Source: Alphaproteobacteria bacterium
Lineage (GTDB): Bacteria > Pseudomonadota > Alphaproteobacteria > GM7ARS4 > CBDIDI01
Length of the DNA: 64,000 nt
Direction: 5' to 3'
Assembly (NCBI GenBank): GCA_965277685.1
Contig: OZ255830.1
Coordinates: 1,102,829 to 1,166,828 of the forward strand
The notes below the pieces were generated by a model that was given only the letters and a program-made list of their open reading frames with translations, did not search any database and was not told where the DNA came from. Positions 38,489 to 48,096 of this stretch are shown here, piece after piece. Position 1 is the stretch's first letter, and every line of letters begins with the position of its first letter. Position numbers and translations under genes: made by a program.

Positions 38489-39437
38489 TGCAGCCTCCGG
38501 CATGAAAACTCTCGCCGCTTTCCAGGGCGGTGACGCTGACCCGGGCCGGAGAAAAGATATGGGGATCAATGGCGTAAAAATCGCCTTTGCATGCTTTGAA
38601 TATTTCGGCAAACGGTTTGCCGTAGTCGCGCGATTCACGGCTGGGCAATTGCTGCGCGAGGGTTTTGGCATCATCGGGATTGCCGCCGACGAATAGATGG
38701 GCCTCGCCGCCATAGATGATGGCATCGTTACTTCGTCCCATCGCGCCGAGAAAATCGGCAGCGGGTGGGGGCAATGGCGCACAGGCAACGCCGTCAATAA
38801 TGCGATCGAGGGCAAAGCCGAGGGAATGCACCTTATGCAGCGCGACTTCCAACACCCGGGCCGTGACCTGTACCATTCCGGCAAGGCTTGTGGTTGGGGT
38901 GATGATAAGGGTCAATCCGGCCGGATCGGTGCCGCAATCATGGCAAATCTTGTCAATGACGGCTTGTGGCGGCGGCGCATCGACCTCCAGGACAAGGACG
39001 GTTTCGCCGGTTTTTTGCGATTGATAGCCAATTTCCTTGAAGAGATCCTCGCGTCCGGCCTGGGCCCTTCCCGGTCCGGAGCCAAGGCAAGAAAATTTGC
39101 CCGCCTTTAGATTCCAGCCCGCGTATTGACTGGCCAAGCAGGCCAGTGTCGGGTTTGGTGAGGCGGCGCGGATATCCCATCGCCAGTGTGTAAAGCGCGA
39201 TGACGGCGATATCGCAACCCGGCCCATCCCGCCCATGCAGATACGGGCAACGGCAAGCCCCGCGTCAATACCGCCGGGGCATTCAATTCCGCAATCGACA
39301 ATCACACAGCCGCTTGGATCGCGCTTGACATGGATGCGCCATTCGTCGCCGCGGCCGACCAGATCACGAACGAGGGGGGCGACCGTATCGGCAATATCGG
39401 GCCATTGTTCAGCGGGGGTGTTGGAAAAGCGGGTCAT
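38448..39437 (-). CDS. mch: Methenyltetrahydromethanopterin cyclohydrolase
   Basis: AGGAGG RBS. MTRFSNTPAEQWPDIADTVAPLVRDL…VIVDCGIECPGGIDAGLAVARICMGGMG… has Mch length and pattern. Confidence 0.85.
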   Translation of the reverse strand: MTRFSNTPAEQWPDIADTVAPLVRDLVGRGDEWRIHVKRDPSGCVIVDCGIECPGGIDAGLAVARICMGGMGRVAISPSSRFTHWRWDIRAASPNPTLACLASQYAGWNLKAGKFSCLGSGPGRAQAGREDLFKEIGYQSQKTGETVLVLEVDAPPPQAVIDKICHDCGTDPAGLTLIITPTTSLAGMVQVTARVLEVALHKVHSLGFALDRIIDGVACAPLPPPAADFLGAMGRSNDAIIYGGEAHLFVGGNPDDAKTLAQQLPSRESRDYGKPFAEIFKACKGDFYAIDPHIFSPARVSVTALESGESFHAGGCNEELLDQSFGTPR

Positions 39438-40824
39438 GGGTAGCCTCCTGGTGGGGGTGATGAAACGATGGTTGCGGTCGCGGGGCCGCGTTGATGATAG
39501 CCGATAACGCCTTTTTGCGGGCAAAAACAAGGCGCGTGGCATCGCTTTCTTGTATCCCGCTTGCGCGGACGCTGCAAATAGGGGCGCCCCGTCTTATCCG
39601 TTTTCCCGGGGTTGGGATATCTTCGGCCCATGGTGGCCAAGATGGCGTATATGATTTTGATGACCCCGTATGGGATCGTTTTCCGACCGTTATATCGCGT
39701 CCGGCATAAAGGATGGCGTGGGCGTGGATTTTGCCGTGATCGGCAAGATCAAGCCCGGCATCGCTGCCTTGGCATGCCCGGATGTGGCATTGCAAAAGAT
39801 CGGCCCGTTTGGATGGGGAAAACAGACAAAGAGAGGCCCCGATGCGGGGATTGACCTCAAGAAAGCGGCAGTTTTCCAAAGACGGATCATCGGTCGAGGG
39901 GGATTGCATGAAATCAAGACTGTTTAATCCGCGCAGATCAAAGATTCGGGTGACGGTATCGGCAATGCGGCGCCAATGGTCATGATGCGCGGGGGCGATG
40001 GGCTTGCGGCACGCACCGCCATAGCGCATCGGCGATAAAGGCCCCCCGTCATGCCCCCCGTTATGCCCCCCGTCATGCCCCCCGTCATGCCATTGCCGGG
40101 TGAGGGTGATGGGATAGGCCCCTTTGCGATCCGCGAGAAAAAGAAGGGATTGGGATATGCCGCGAATCCGGCGCTGGTAATAGATGGACGGGGTCATCGT
40201 TTGATCGGGGGCAAAGATGCGCACACCGGTGCCGCCGGAAAGATGGCGATCTTTGGATAGCCATGTTCCGGTTTGATCGATCGGCGGCACAAGGGATGTG
40301 TCGGGCATCAAAAGACCGCAACGGCGCATACCGGCGAGGAAACGACGGGGATTGTCGAGTCGGCCCAAAGTGCGACCGCTATTGCCGAGAACGGTGCGAT
40401 TTTCCTCCCATAGGGCAACCGTATCGGGCCAATGCTCGATCCCCGATCCGTATAACAACGGGGGCAAGGGTTTTTGATGGGTGCGGTTCCACATTCGGTC
40501 ATACGCGGCAACGGCCCGGCGCAACGGCCCGGGGGTGGGGGCGGCGTTGCGCCAGTGGTGGGCGCACGCGCGCAGATCGCGATCGGCAAAGGCATCGATG
40601 GCCCAGACGTTCAAGCCCGATAACGCCGCCGCCCGGGCGATGGTTCGCGCGCTAAAGGCGCATACGTACAAGGTTCGAGAATACGCGTCGTCAACGGCGG
40701 TTTTGCCTGCCCGCGCGTCGTCAACGGCGGTTCTGCCTGCCCGCGCGTCCCTTGGTGCAAGGTTATCGGTCACGGGGTTATCCGATTTTGCAAATCTTGC
40801 GGGCAATCTGCATGGCTTGATCAA
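39409..40824 (-). CDS. ATP-grasp-like protein of the H4MPT-linked gene set (function unassigned), containing GGHDGGHNGGHDGG and RAG(K/R)TAVDDA repeats
   Basis: …FLEVNPRIGASL… is an ATP-grasp C-terminal motif. Its position is between mch and mtdB. Confidence 0.4.
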   Translation of the reverse strand: MIKPCRLPARFAKSDNPVTDNLAPRDARAGRTAVDDARAGKTAVDDAYSRTLYVCAFSARTIARAAALSGLNVWAIDAFADRDLRACAHHWRNAAPTPGPLRRAVAAYDRMWNRTHQKPLPPLLYGSGIEHWPDTVALWEENRTVLGNSGRTLGRLDNPRRFLAGMRRCGLLMPDTSLVPPIDQTGTWLSKDRHLSGGTGVRIFAPDQTMTPSIYYQRRIRGISQSLLFLADRKGAYPITLTRQWHDGGHDGGHNGGHDGGPLSPMRYGGACRKPIAPAHHDHWRRIADTVTRIFDLRGLNSLDFMQSPSTDDPSLENCRFLEVNPRIGASLCLFSPSKRADLLQCHIRACQGSDAGLDLADHGKIHAHAILYAGRDITVGKRSHTGSSKSYTPSWPPWAEDIPTPGKRIRRGAPICSVRASGIQESDATRLVFARKKALSAIINAAPRPQPSFHHPHQEATHDPLFQHPR

Positions 40825-41683
40825 AATTGAGATAACGGGGCTTGTCCTCGTTACACATCAGCTCGAACATGCGATATTGGGTTTTGACCTTGATATCGCC
40901 CGAGGTCAGCGCCCCGATGGATAAGGCACCGCAAGCCAGGGGGCGATCGTCATCCTTCAACTCGACGCCTTCGATGCCGGATGGCGGCACGGCGTTGACA
41001 TCGGCGGCAATTTTAATCCGTTTGGCGGTGGCCAACTGTTGTTCGCTCAACACGCGGGTGCCGGCCCGGGCCGCGCAAAAGACGATATCCGCATCCTCGA
41101 GAAGGGCGGTGTTCTTGTCGTCATCGCTACCGTCGGCGGCGATAAGGTCAACGTCAAAGCGCTTTTTGAATTCATCCGCGCGATTCGCGACATGGGTCGC
41201 CCCATCATAGCCGATCAAGGTGGCTTCGGCCCCGGCTTGGGCGCACAGAACGCCGGAAATACTGCCGACAATTCCCTTGCCCCCGTAAATTTTAACCTTA
41301 AGCCCCTTGAGGGTGGTGCCGAATTTGTTTTTGAGCGTTTTTTCGGTGCAAGCGACCAGCGCGGCGGCGGTGGTAAAGGATCCGGCCGGATCGGGAAAGA
41401 CGGATATCTCAAAAGGGGGAACCATCGCTTCTTTTGCTTTGTCCATCATATCCAGTGCGGTGATGGCATCCTTGCCACCGATGAATAACCCGGTGCGTTT
41501 GGCGTTGTCCGGGGATCGGGAAAAGATGGCATCTTGCACCAACGCGCGCACTTCGCCCGGATCATTGACCCGATTATAGGGGATGACCGCGTCAAATCCG
41601 GCATCGATGGCCATATTGACGTCGAAAGGCGATACATTATCCGAGGGGGAAATCATATGAAGGATGTGTTTCGTTTTACTCAT
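40778..41683 (-). CDS. mtdB: NAD(P)-dependent methylene-tetrahydromethanopterin dehydrogenase (MtdA/MtdB family)
   Basis: 301 aa, collinear by eye with M. extorquens MtdB (…TTAAALVA…, …GGKGIVGSISGVL…, …GAEATLIG…). Confidence 0.75.
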   Translation of the reverse strand: MSKTKHILHMISPSDNVSPFDVNMAIDAGFDAVIPYNRVNDPGEVRALVQDAIFSRSPDNAKRTGLFIGGKDAITALDMMDKAKEAMVPPFEISVFPDPAGSFTTAAALVACTEKTLKNKFGTTLKGLKVKIYGGKGIVGSISGVLCAQAGAEATLIGYDGATHVANRADEFKKRFDVDLIAADGSDDDKNTALLEDADIVFCAARAGTRVLSEQQLATAKRIKIAADVNAVPPSGIEGVELKDDDRPLACGALSIGALTSGDIKVKTQYRMFELMCNEDKPRYLNFDQAMQIARKICKIG

Positions 41684-41838
41684 CGCGCGGTGCTCTCCGG
41701 TTGCGATTCTCGCGTTGCCCGATCAAGGGGCAATCCGATACCGAGAACCAATGATGACAATATCTGCCTTTCATATCGGCAAGCGGGCGGCAAGGCAAGG
41801 CATCTTGAACGGGGCCTTGATCCTTTTCCTATTTTTTT

Positions 41839-42873
41839 CTATTTCGGGCCGGATATGCCGGTGGTGAGCCGGCGTCCTCGATTACGGCCTTTGTGAACGG
41901 CCACGCGAAGGTCGCGATGGGCCGGTGCCGACCGAATGCGGCGGGCAAGATCTTGGGCCGTTTGGGGATCGGGGCAAAGAATAAAGGAGGTCGGCCCCCA
42001 TGAACTTTGCCCGTATCCGGAAAACCCCCATTGCTCGGCCCGGGTGAAGAGTTCGGCAATCGTCGGGCTTGTATAGCGCGCGCCTTGGTATCGGGCAAAA
42101 TGATCGCCGATTTGTATCTGCATTCGGGTGATGCCCCGGGCGAAACGGGGAAAATCGTGGCGGATTAACGCCGGAATGATGTCGAGTAGGAGCAAGCGGC
42201 ACAGGGCCTCGCTGCCTTCTTTTTGATAGGGGGCGATCCGATCAAAGACGCGGCGCTCGCCGGGTCCGTGGATGCCGGATAAACGATCGTCAAAAATCAA
42301 AAGCACCCGCCATGGCGTGGGCCATGCCATTTTTGTCGTGATGACGGGCGGTTGCCCGTCCACGACCCCACCATCGGTCAAAACCCCGCCATGGTCAAAG
42401 GCGCCGATGCCGATACCGGATCGTTTGCCCCGGTCTAAAATCGATGCGATGGCGCGGTGGCTTAACGACCGATGGTAAAGAGCATTCAAGGCACTGCCGA
42501 CGGCCATGGCCAATTGCGTTCCGGAACCAAGACCGGCATGGCGCGGCATGATCCGATCCAATGTGATGACCGCGCCGGTCTCGATGCCTTGGTGGTGCAA
42601 GAACTGCCGGGCCAGACGTTCGGCCCGCCCCGCGGTTTTTTTGAAATCTTTTAATTGGGCGGTGCGGTCGTCTTTGGCGATGATGCGAACCGTGTCGGCG
42701 ATGGCGGCCCGCAGGCGCAGGCCGCATCCGGATATGGTCATTCCGAAACTGCCGAAAAAACGATCGGCGGGATCGCTTTTTGCATCGTCACGGCAACGTT
42801 GGGCCAGGTCGAGAAAACCGAAATGCAGACGCCCCGGCGTGGTCACGGTGACGTGGCTATGTTCTGTCTTCAT
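41839..42873 (-). CDS. mptG: Beta-ribofuranosylaminobenzene 5'-phosphate synthase-like (GHMP-kinase fold, H4MPT biosynthesis)
   Basis: MKTEHSHVTVTTPGRLHFGFLDL… and a GHMP motif …PRHAGLGSGTQLA…. Position is next to mtdB. Confidence 0.6.
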   Translation of the reverse strand: MKTEHSHVTVTTPGRLHFGFLDLAQRCRDDAKSDPADRFFGSFGMTISGCGLRLRAAIADTVRIIAKDDRTAQLKDFKKTAGRAERLARQFLHHQGIETGAVITLDRIMPRHAGLGSGTQLAMAVGSALNALYHRSLSHRAIASILDRGKRSGIGIGAFDHGGVLTDGGVVDGQPPVITTKMAWPTPWRVLLIFDDRLSGIHGPGERRVFDRIAPYQKEGSEALCRLLLLDIIPALIRHDFPRFARGITRMQIQIGDHFARYQGARYTSPTIAELFTRAEQWGFSGYGQSSWGPTSFILCPDPQTAQDLARRIRSAPAHRDLRVAVHKGRNRGRRLTTGISGPK

Positions 42874-43179
42874 CGGGGCATTTGCCTTTGATAGCGGGTA
42901 TGACGGATGTTCCCGCGGCCTCTTGTCCATACGCGTTCCATTTCTTCCATACACAAAGGCAAGACACAAAAAATGCCGATATGCAAAGGGGTGCCAAGCC
43001 GTCTTTTATGGCGCCCCTTCCCCCCCGATTCCCTTTCGGTTTTTCGATGTTCCCGAACACGCTTTGGCGACGGAAACGGCGAACCGATTGGGGCAATCGT
43101 TGAAACTTCCCCTTTTCAAGCACATATCGGCGCACTAAGCTAGATGGATCATCTTTCTTAATCCGGCAAAGGCGGGCGC

Positions 43180-43554
43180 ATGAATAAGGAAAAAACCTAT
43201 ACGGTGGACGGTATCGAAGCGGAGCTTAAACGGGGCGGGCTTGACCACTGGCATTATAAAGACGGCTGGATTCGCCGCACATATAAAACCCATGGCTGGA
43301 AGGGAACGCTGATGGTTATCAATACGGTCGGGCATTTGGCCGAGGCGGCTTGGCATCATCCTGACTTGACCGCGTCCTATGCGTTTGTCGAGGTGCGGCT
43401 CCAGAACCATGCCGCGCGCGGTATCACCGACAAGGATTTTGAATTGGCCCGGCGGATCGAAAATGTCGTGGCCTGGCAACCGGCCGCGGAAGGCGGTGCC
43501 TTGACCGGAACACCGAAAGATCCGCGTTTTGCCTATATCAAATACGATGACTGA
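43180..43554 (+). CDS. Pterin-4a-carbinolamine dehydratase (PCD/DCoH) family protein
   Basis: 124 aa, …WKGTLMVINTVGHLAEAAWHHPDL…YAFVEVRLQNHAARGIT… matches the PCD signature. Confidence 0.7.
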   Translation: MNKEKTYTVDGIEAELKRGGLDHWHYKDGWIRRTYKTHGWKGTLMVINTVGHLAEAAWHHPDLTASYAFVEVRLQNHAARGITDKDFELARRIENVVAWQPAAEGGALTGTPKDPRFAYIKYDD

Positions 43555-43559
43555 TCGGT

Positions 43560-43930
43560 TTGGGATATATCGATTTTGGCCATATCGATTTTGGCCGTAT
43601 CGATTTTGGCCATATCGATTTTGGCCATATCGATTTTGGAAGGCATTTGGATGTTAAGTCGGTCGATATCGAGATGCCCCCCCCCCCCCGAGGAATTGGA
43701 CAAAGGAATTGGACGAATGGATCGGACAAAGGAATCGGACGAGTGGATCGGACAAAGCGATCGGCCAAGGGGGTCGAACGAATGGATCGGACAAAGCGAT
43801 CGGCCAAGGGGGTCGAACGAATGGATCGGACGAGTGGATCGGACAAAGCGACCGACCAAGGGGGTCGAACGAATGGATCGAACAAAGCGATCGGCCAACG
43901 GAATCACCGGTGAAAGGCGCGGGATGGTTT
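43560..43930. repeat. Compound tandem repeats: 15-nt unit (atcgattttggccat) x5, then about 24/48-nt ggatcggacaaagcgatcggccaagggggtcgaacgaat units x about 6
   Basis: Direct reading of the intergenic region between pcd and fhcB. Confidence 0.85.
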
Positions 43931-43949
43931 TCTTTATCGATAAGGGGCG

Positions 43950-45428
43950 ATGATGGTGCATAAACCCCTTGCGACCTGCCCTTTTTGCGCATTGGCGTGC
44001 GATGATCTGGTCGTTGATCGTCCCCTCGGCGGTGCGGATGACGGCGATGGAATCGTCCGGCTTGCCCCAAATACGTGCGCGCGGGCCGATGCGGGTTTTA
44101 CCGCTGCCGGTGCGTTGTTGCACCCTTTGATCAAAGGTCGGCGCGTGCCGATGGATACTGCCTTGGCCAAGGCGACGGCGATTTTGCGTGATTGTCGCCG
44201 TCCCCTTTACGCCGGTCTCGATGCCGATATTGCCGGGGTCAAGGCCGTCTTGGCGTTGGCCGAGAAAAGCAGGGGAATTGTCGACCATGGCGGTTCCCAC
44301 GCGAGTTTTGTCAATTATCGCTCGATCCAGGTGGATGGCGGCTTTGCGACCACGTTAAGCGAGGCGGCCAATCGGGCCGATTGTTTTATTTTCTTTGCCA
44401 CCAACGGGGTTGATGCCGCGCCCCGTCTGTTCGAGCGATGGATCTGGCGCGAGAAAAAATTGTTTCGCGATCGCAAAGACCCCGTCCATCTTGTGTTCAT
44501 CGGACAAAAACCGCCGCCCGAGGCGCAGGTGCCGCCGGGATTAACCGGCACGATCCGACATATTCCGGTGGACGGGGGGGATCTTGCCGAGGTGGCCGCA
44601 ACATTGCGGATGCTTTGGAAGCGAGATATGCCGTCATCCGGGCCATCATCCGGGTCGCCATCCGGGCGTATCTCGGCCCGAGAAAAGGACCTGCGTGACG
44701 TTATCGCCACCATTCGAGCCGGGCGTTACGGGGTGCTCTCTTGGTATGGGGCAAATTTAAGCGGGGCGAATTTCCCCGATGGACATGATGATGCCCGGGG
44801 GGATGCCCATGGTGATAATAGGCAGGGCGATGATGGACATGACGATGATGCACGGGGTGATGCCCATGGTGATGCCCGGGGTGATAATAGGCAGGGCGAT
44901 GATGCCCGGGGTGATGCCCATGGTGATAATAGACAGGGCGACTTGATTGTTTCGATGCTTTCCCAATGGGTCCAGGAAATCAATCAATCCCAACGCTTTG
45001 CCGCCCTGCCGCTTGGCGGCAACGGTAATGCGGTCGGCGCGGCCCAGGTCAGCACGTGGCAAAATGGGTTTCCCCTCCGCGTGGCGTATGACGACGATGG
45101 GCCGTGTCACGATTCGTGGCTGTTTGCCCATGATCGTTGTGGCATGCGGGGCGAGGTCGATGCCCTTGTTTGGATATCCGCATTCGGCATGCCCGCGCGT
45201 CGATCATGTCCGGTGTCGACGCCGATGATTATGATGGCGGCAACCGCCGATCCGCTCTGCCGCAAGGCGGATGTTTTCATTCCGATTGCGATGCCGGGAA
45301 TCGACCACGAGGGAACGGTCGTGCGATGCGATTCGTCGGTTTCCGTTCCGCTGGGACAATGGCGTGATGGCACAAGGCGATCATTGACCGATATTATCGG
45401 TGCGCTTGAAGGGATGCTTGCGTGTTAA
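43950..45428 (+). CDS. fhcB: Formyltransferase/hydrolase complex subunit B (FwdB homologue) with an in-frame D/G/H/R-rich repeat insertion
   Basis: N-terminal Cys cluster (CPFCALACDD) and a molybdopterin-oxidoreductase-like body. An insertion (ARGDAHGDNRQGDD)n lies at about 44770-44940. Confidence 0.8.
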   Translation: MMVHKPLATCPFCALACDDLVVDRPLGGADDGDGIVRLAPNTCARADAGFTAAGALLHPLIKGRRVPMDTALAKATAILRDCRRPLYAGLDADIAGVKAVLALAEKSRGIVDHGGSHASFVNYRSIQVDGGFATTLSEAANRADCFIFFATNGVDAAPRLFERWIWREKKLFRDRKDPVHLVFIGQKPPPEAQVPPGLTGTIRHIPVDGGDLAEVAATLRMLWKRDMPSSGPSSGSPSGRISAREKDLRDVIATIRAGRYGVLSWYGANLSGANFPDGHDDARGDAHGDNRQGDDGHDDDARGDAHGDARGDNRQGDDARGDAHGDNRQGDLIVSMLSQWVQEINQSQRFAALPLGGNGNAVGAAQVSTWQNGFPLRVAYDDDGPCHDSWLFAHDRCGMRGEVDALVWISAFGMPARRSCPVSTPMIMMAATADPLCRKADVFIPIAMPGIDHEGTVVRCDSSVSVPLGQWRDGTRRSLTDIIGALEGMLAC

Positions 45429-47113
45429 CCGGTCTTATCGGCGGCACGGTTGTCGATCCTGCGGGACGCGGTAAAAACAAAGGTTCCGTGCGCCGGGATT
45501 TATTCTTTCGCGACGGTCGGATCGTCGATCATGGATCGGCATCGTCGACACCGGACAAGATCATCGACGTAAGCGGTAAAATCGTCATGTCCGGCGGTAT
45601 CGACATGCACAGCCATATTGCCGGGGGCAAGGTCAATATCGCAAGGATGTTGCTGCCCGAAGAACATCGCCGCCATCGCCATCGGCCGGACGGCGCGATG
45701 CGCTCAGGCTCCGGACGGGAAACGATGACCAGTTTCTCGACCGGCTATCACTATGCCCGGATGGGCTATACGGCCGCTTTCGAACCGGCGATGATTGCCG
45801 CCAATGCCCGCCAAACGCATCACGAACTTGTCGATATTCCGATCATTGACAAGGGGGCGTATGTCATGCTCGGCAATGACGATTTTCTTCTTCAAGCCAT
45901 CCAAAACCAATCGTCCCCATCGATGATTAACGACTATGTCGCGTGGATCATCCGGGCCAGTGGCGCGTTGGGGGTCAAGGTCGTTAATCCCGGCGGAATC
46001 AGCGCATTTAAGTTCAATCAGCGTCAGATGGATTTGGATCAACAACACCCCTTTTACGATCGGGTTACCCCGCGCGGGGTATTGCAGGTCTTGGCGCACG
46101 CTTTGGTCGATTTGGGAATTCCCCATTCCTTGCATGTGCATGGGTGTAATCTTGGTGTTCCGGGCAATGTCGAGACCACGCTTGAAACGATCAAAGGCGC
46201 TTCCGGCATGCCCTTGCATTTGACCCATGTCCAGTTTCATGCCTATGGGGTGGAAGGGGATCGAAAATTCTCCTCCGGGGCCGTGGCGATTGCCGAAGCG
46301 ATTAATCAAAATCCCAACATTACCGTTGATGTCGGGCAGATTATGTTCGGTCAGACGGTGACGGCCTCCGGTGATATTATGCGTCAGTTCGCGGCCACCA
46401 AACTGGCCCGACCGCGCAAATGGTTTTGCATGGATATCGAATGCCAAGGCGCTTGCGGCTTGGTGCCGTTTCGTTATCGTGACCGCTCTTTCGTCAATGC
46501 GTTGCAATGGATCATCGGGCTTGAGTTGTTTCTTCTTGTCGATGACCCGTGGCGCATCTTTTTAACGACGGATCATCCCAATGGCGGGCCGTTCACGGCG
46601 TATCCGCATTTGATTCGCTTGTTGATGGATCGATCTTTTCGCCAGGGAATGTTGGAAAAATTACCCGAGGAAGCGCGGCGTTATTCCAGTCTCGGCGGGC
46701 TGAAGCGGGAATATTCGTTGGAAGAGATCGCCATTATGACCCGATCGGGACCGGCCCGTTTGCTTGGGCTGAAAGAACACGGACACACCAATGTCGGCGC
46801 GCGCGCCGACATGGCCGTATATACGCCGCATGACAACAAAGAGGTCATGTTCTCGCAGCCCGATTACGTGTTTAAAGACGGGCATTGCGTGGTGCAAAAA
46901 GGCACGGTTATGGTTCCGAACGGTGCTTCGAATTCGGGATGCGTCCATCATTTCACGCCGTCATATGACAAGAGTATTGAAAAACGCTTGTATGATTGGC
47001 ATGCCGATTACCAGGGCATCGATCCGCGGTCTTTGGTCGTTGCCGATCATCTCGAGGAACGGCATCACTTTCGCCGGTGTTCCCTTTCTCCCCGTCGCGA
47101 CGGTAGGGGGTGA
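45422..47113 (+). CDS. fhcA: Formyltransferase/hydrolase complex subunit A (FwdA-like amidohydrolase)
   Basis: …GGIDMHSHIAGGKVN… metal-binding motif; 563 aa of FwdA type. Confidence 0.85.
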   Translation: MLTGLIGGTVVDPAGRGKNKGSVRRDLFFRDGRIVDHGSASSTPDKIIDVSGKIVMSGGIDMHSHIAGGKVNIARMLLPEEHRRHRHRPDGAMRSGSGRETMTSFSTGYHYARMGYTAAFEPAMIAANARQTHHELVDIPIIDKGAYVMLGNDDFLLQAIQNQSSPSMINDYVAWIIRASGALGVKVVNPGGISAFKFNQRQMDLDQQHPFYDRVTPRGVLQVLAHALVDLGIPHSLHVHGCNLGVPGNVETTLETIKGASGMPLHLTHVQFHAYGVEGDRKFSSGAVAIAEAINQNPNITVDVGQIMFGQTVTASGDIMRQFAATKLARPRKWFCMDIECQGACGLVPFRYRDRSFVNALQWIIGLELFLLVDDPWRIFLTTDHPNGGPFTAYPHLIRLLMDRSFRQGMLEKLPEEARRYSSLGGLKREYSLEEIAIMTRSGPARLLGLKEHGHTNVGARADMAVYTPHDNKEVMFSQPDYVFKDGHCVVQKGTVMVPNGASNSGCVHHFTPSYDKSIEKRLYDWHADYQGIDPRSLVVADHLEERHHFRRCSLSPRRDGRG

Positions 47114-48096
47114 ATCGGATGCGTCTTGGCCGTGTCGTCATTGATCATACGTTTGCCGAGGCGTTCGCGATGAAGGTGGTGCGTCTTGTGATCACGGCCG
47201 ATAATCGGCGTTGGGCGATCGAGGCCGCCCGGGCCATGAGTGGGTTTGCCACTTCCGTGATTGCCTGTGGCTGTGAAGTCGGTATCGAAAAAATGATTCC
47301 GGCGGCATTAACCCCGGATCGACGGCCCGGGGTGCGTGTGGCGTTGTTTGCAATGTCGTCCAAGGAACTGCAAAAGCAAACGGTCAATCGCAGCGGACAA
47401 TGCGTTATGACCTGTCCGACAACGGCGTTATTCGCGGCGGATGAAACCGGTGATCCCGTTAAATTGGGGGCAACGCTCCGTTATTTTGGCGATGGGTATC
47501 AAATCGCCAAGCGCATCGGGCGGCGGCGCTATTGGCGTATTCCGGTGATGGACGGTGAATTCTTATGCCAAGACAAAGCGTTTTCACGCCCGGCGATTGG
47601 CGGGGGTAATTTTCTGATTCTGGCCCGTTCGCGTTCCGGCGCGCTTGCAGCGGCCGGTCGGGCCGTTCGAAAAATGACGAATCTCGGCGGTGTCATTATG
47701 CCTTTTCCGGGTGGCGTTGTTCGTTCCGGGTCTAAGGTCGGATCGAAATATCCGGCGTTGATCGCGTCAACAAATGAAAATTTTTGTCCAACCCTTAAGG
47801 GACAGGTCACCTCCGGCGCGCTTTCCGCCGATATTGCCTCGGTGATGGAGATCGTCATCAACGGCATGGACGAGGCGGCCATTGCCCGGGCGATGGATGT
47901 CGGGATACGGGCCGCTTGTGACGGGGATGGGCAAGAGCACGTCGTGCGTATCAGCGCGGGTAATTATGGGGGGAAATTGGGGGCGTATCATTTTTCTTTG
48001 CCCAAGGTTCTGGCCCGGGATGATGGACATATGCCGACCGCAGGGGGGAACGGCGGGGACATCGGTCGAGATAGCAATGACGGGGGGCGCGGGTGA
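47110..48096 (+). CDS. fhcD: Formylmethanofuran:tetrahydromethanopterin formyltransferase (Ftr/FhcD)
   Basis: 328 aa. MKVVRLVITADNRRWAIEAARAMSGFATSVIACGCEVGIE… matches the Ftr pattern. Confidence 0.85.
   Translation: MNRMRLGRVVIDHTFAEAFAMKVVRLVITADNRRWAIEAARAMSGFATSVIACGCEVGIEKMIPAALTPDRRPGVRVALFAMSSKELQKQTVNRSGQCVMTCPTTALFAADETGDPVKLGATLRYFGDGYQIAKRIGRRRYWRIPVMDGEFLCQDKAFSRPAIGGGNFLILARSRSGALAAAGRAVRKMTNLGGVIMPFPGGVVRSGSKVGSKYPALIASTNENFCPTLKGQVTSGALSADIASVMEIVINGMDEAAIARAMDVGIRAACDGDGQEHVVRISAGNYGGKLGAYHFSLPKVLARDDGHMPTAGGNGGDIGRDSNDGGRG

Noticed and set aside
41534-41896. ORFs (67-120 aa) between mtdB and mptG
   Set aside because: They are short, lack an RBS, overlap the ends or promoter region of neighbouring genes, and have arbitrary composition.
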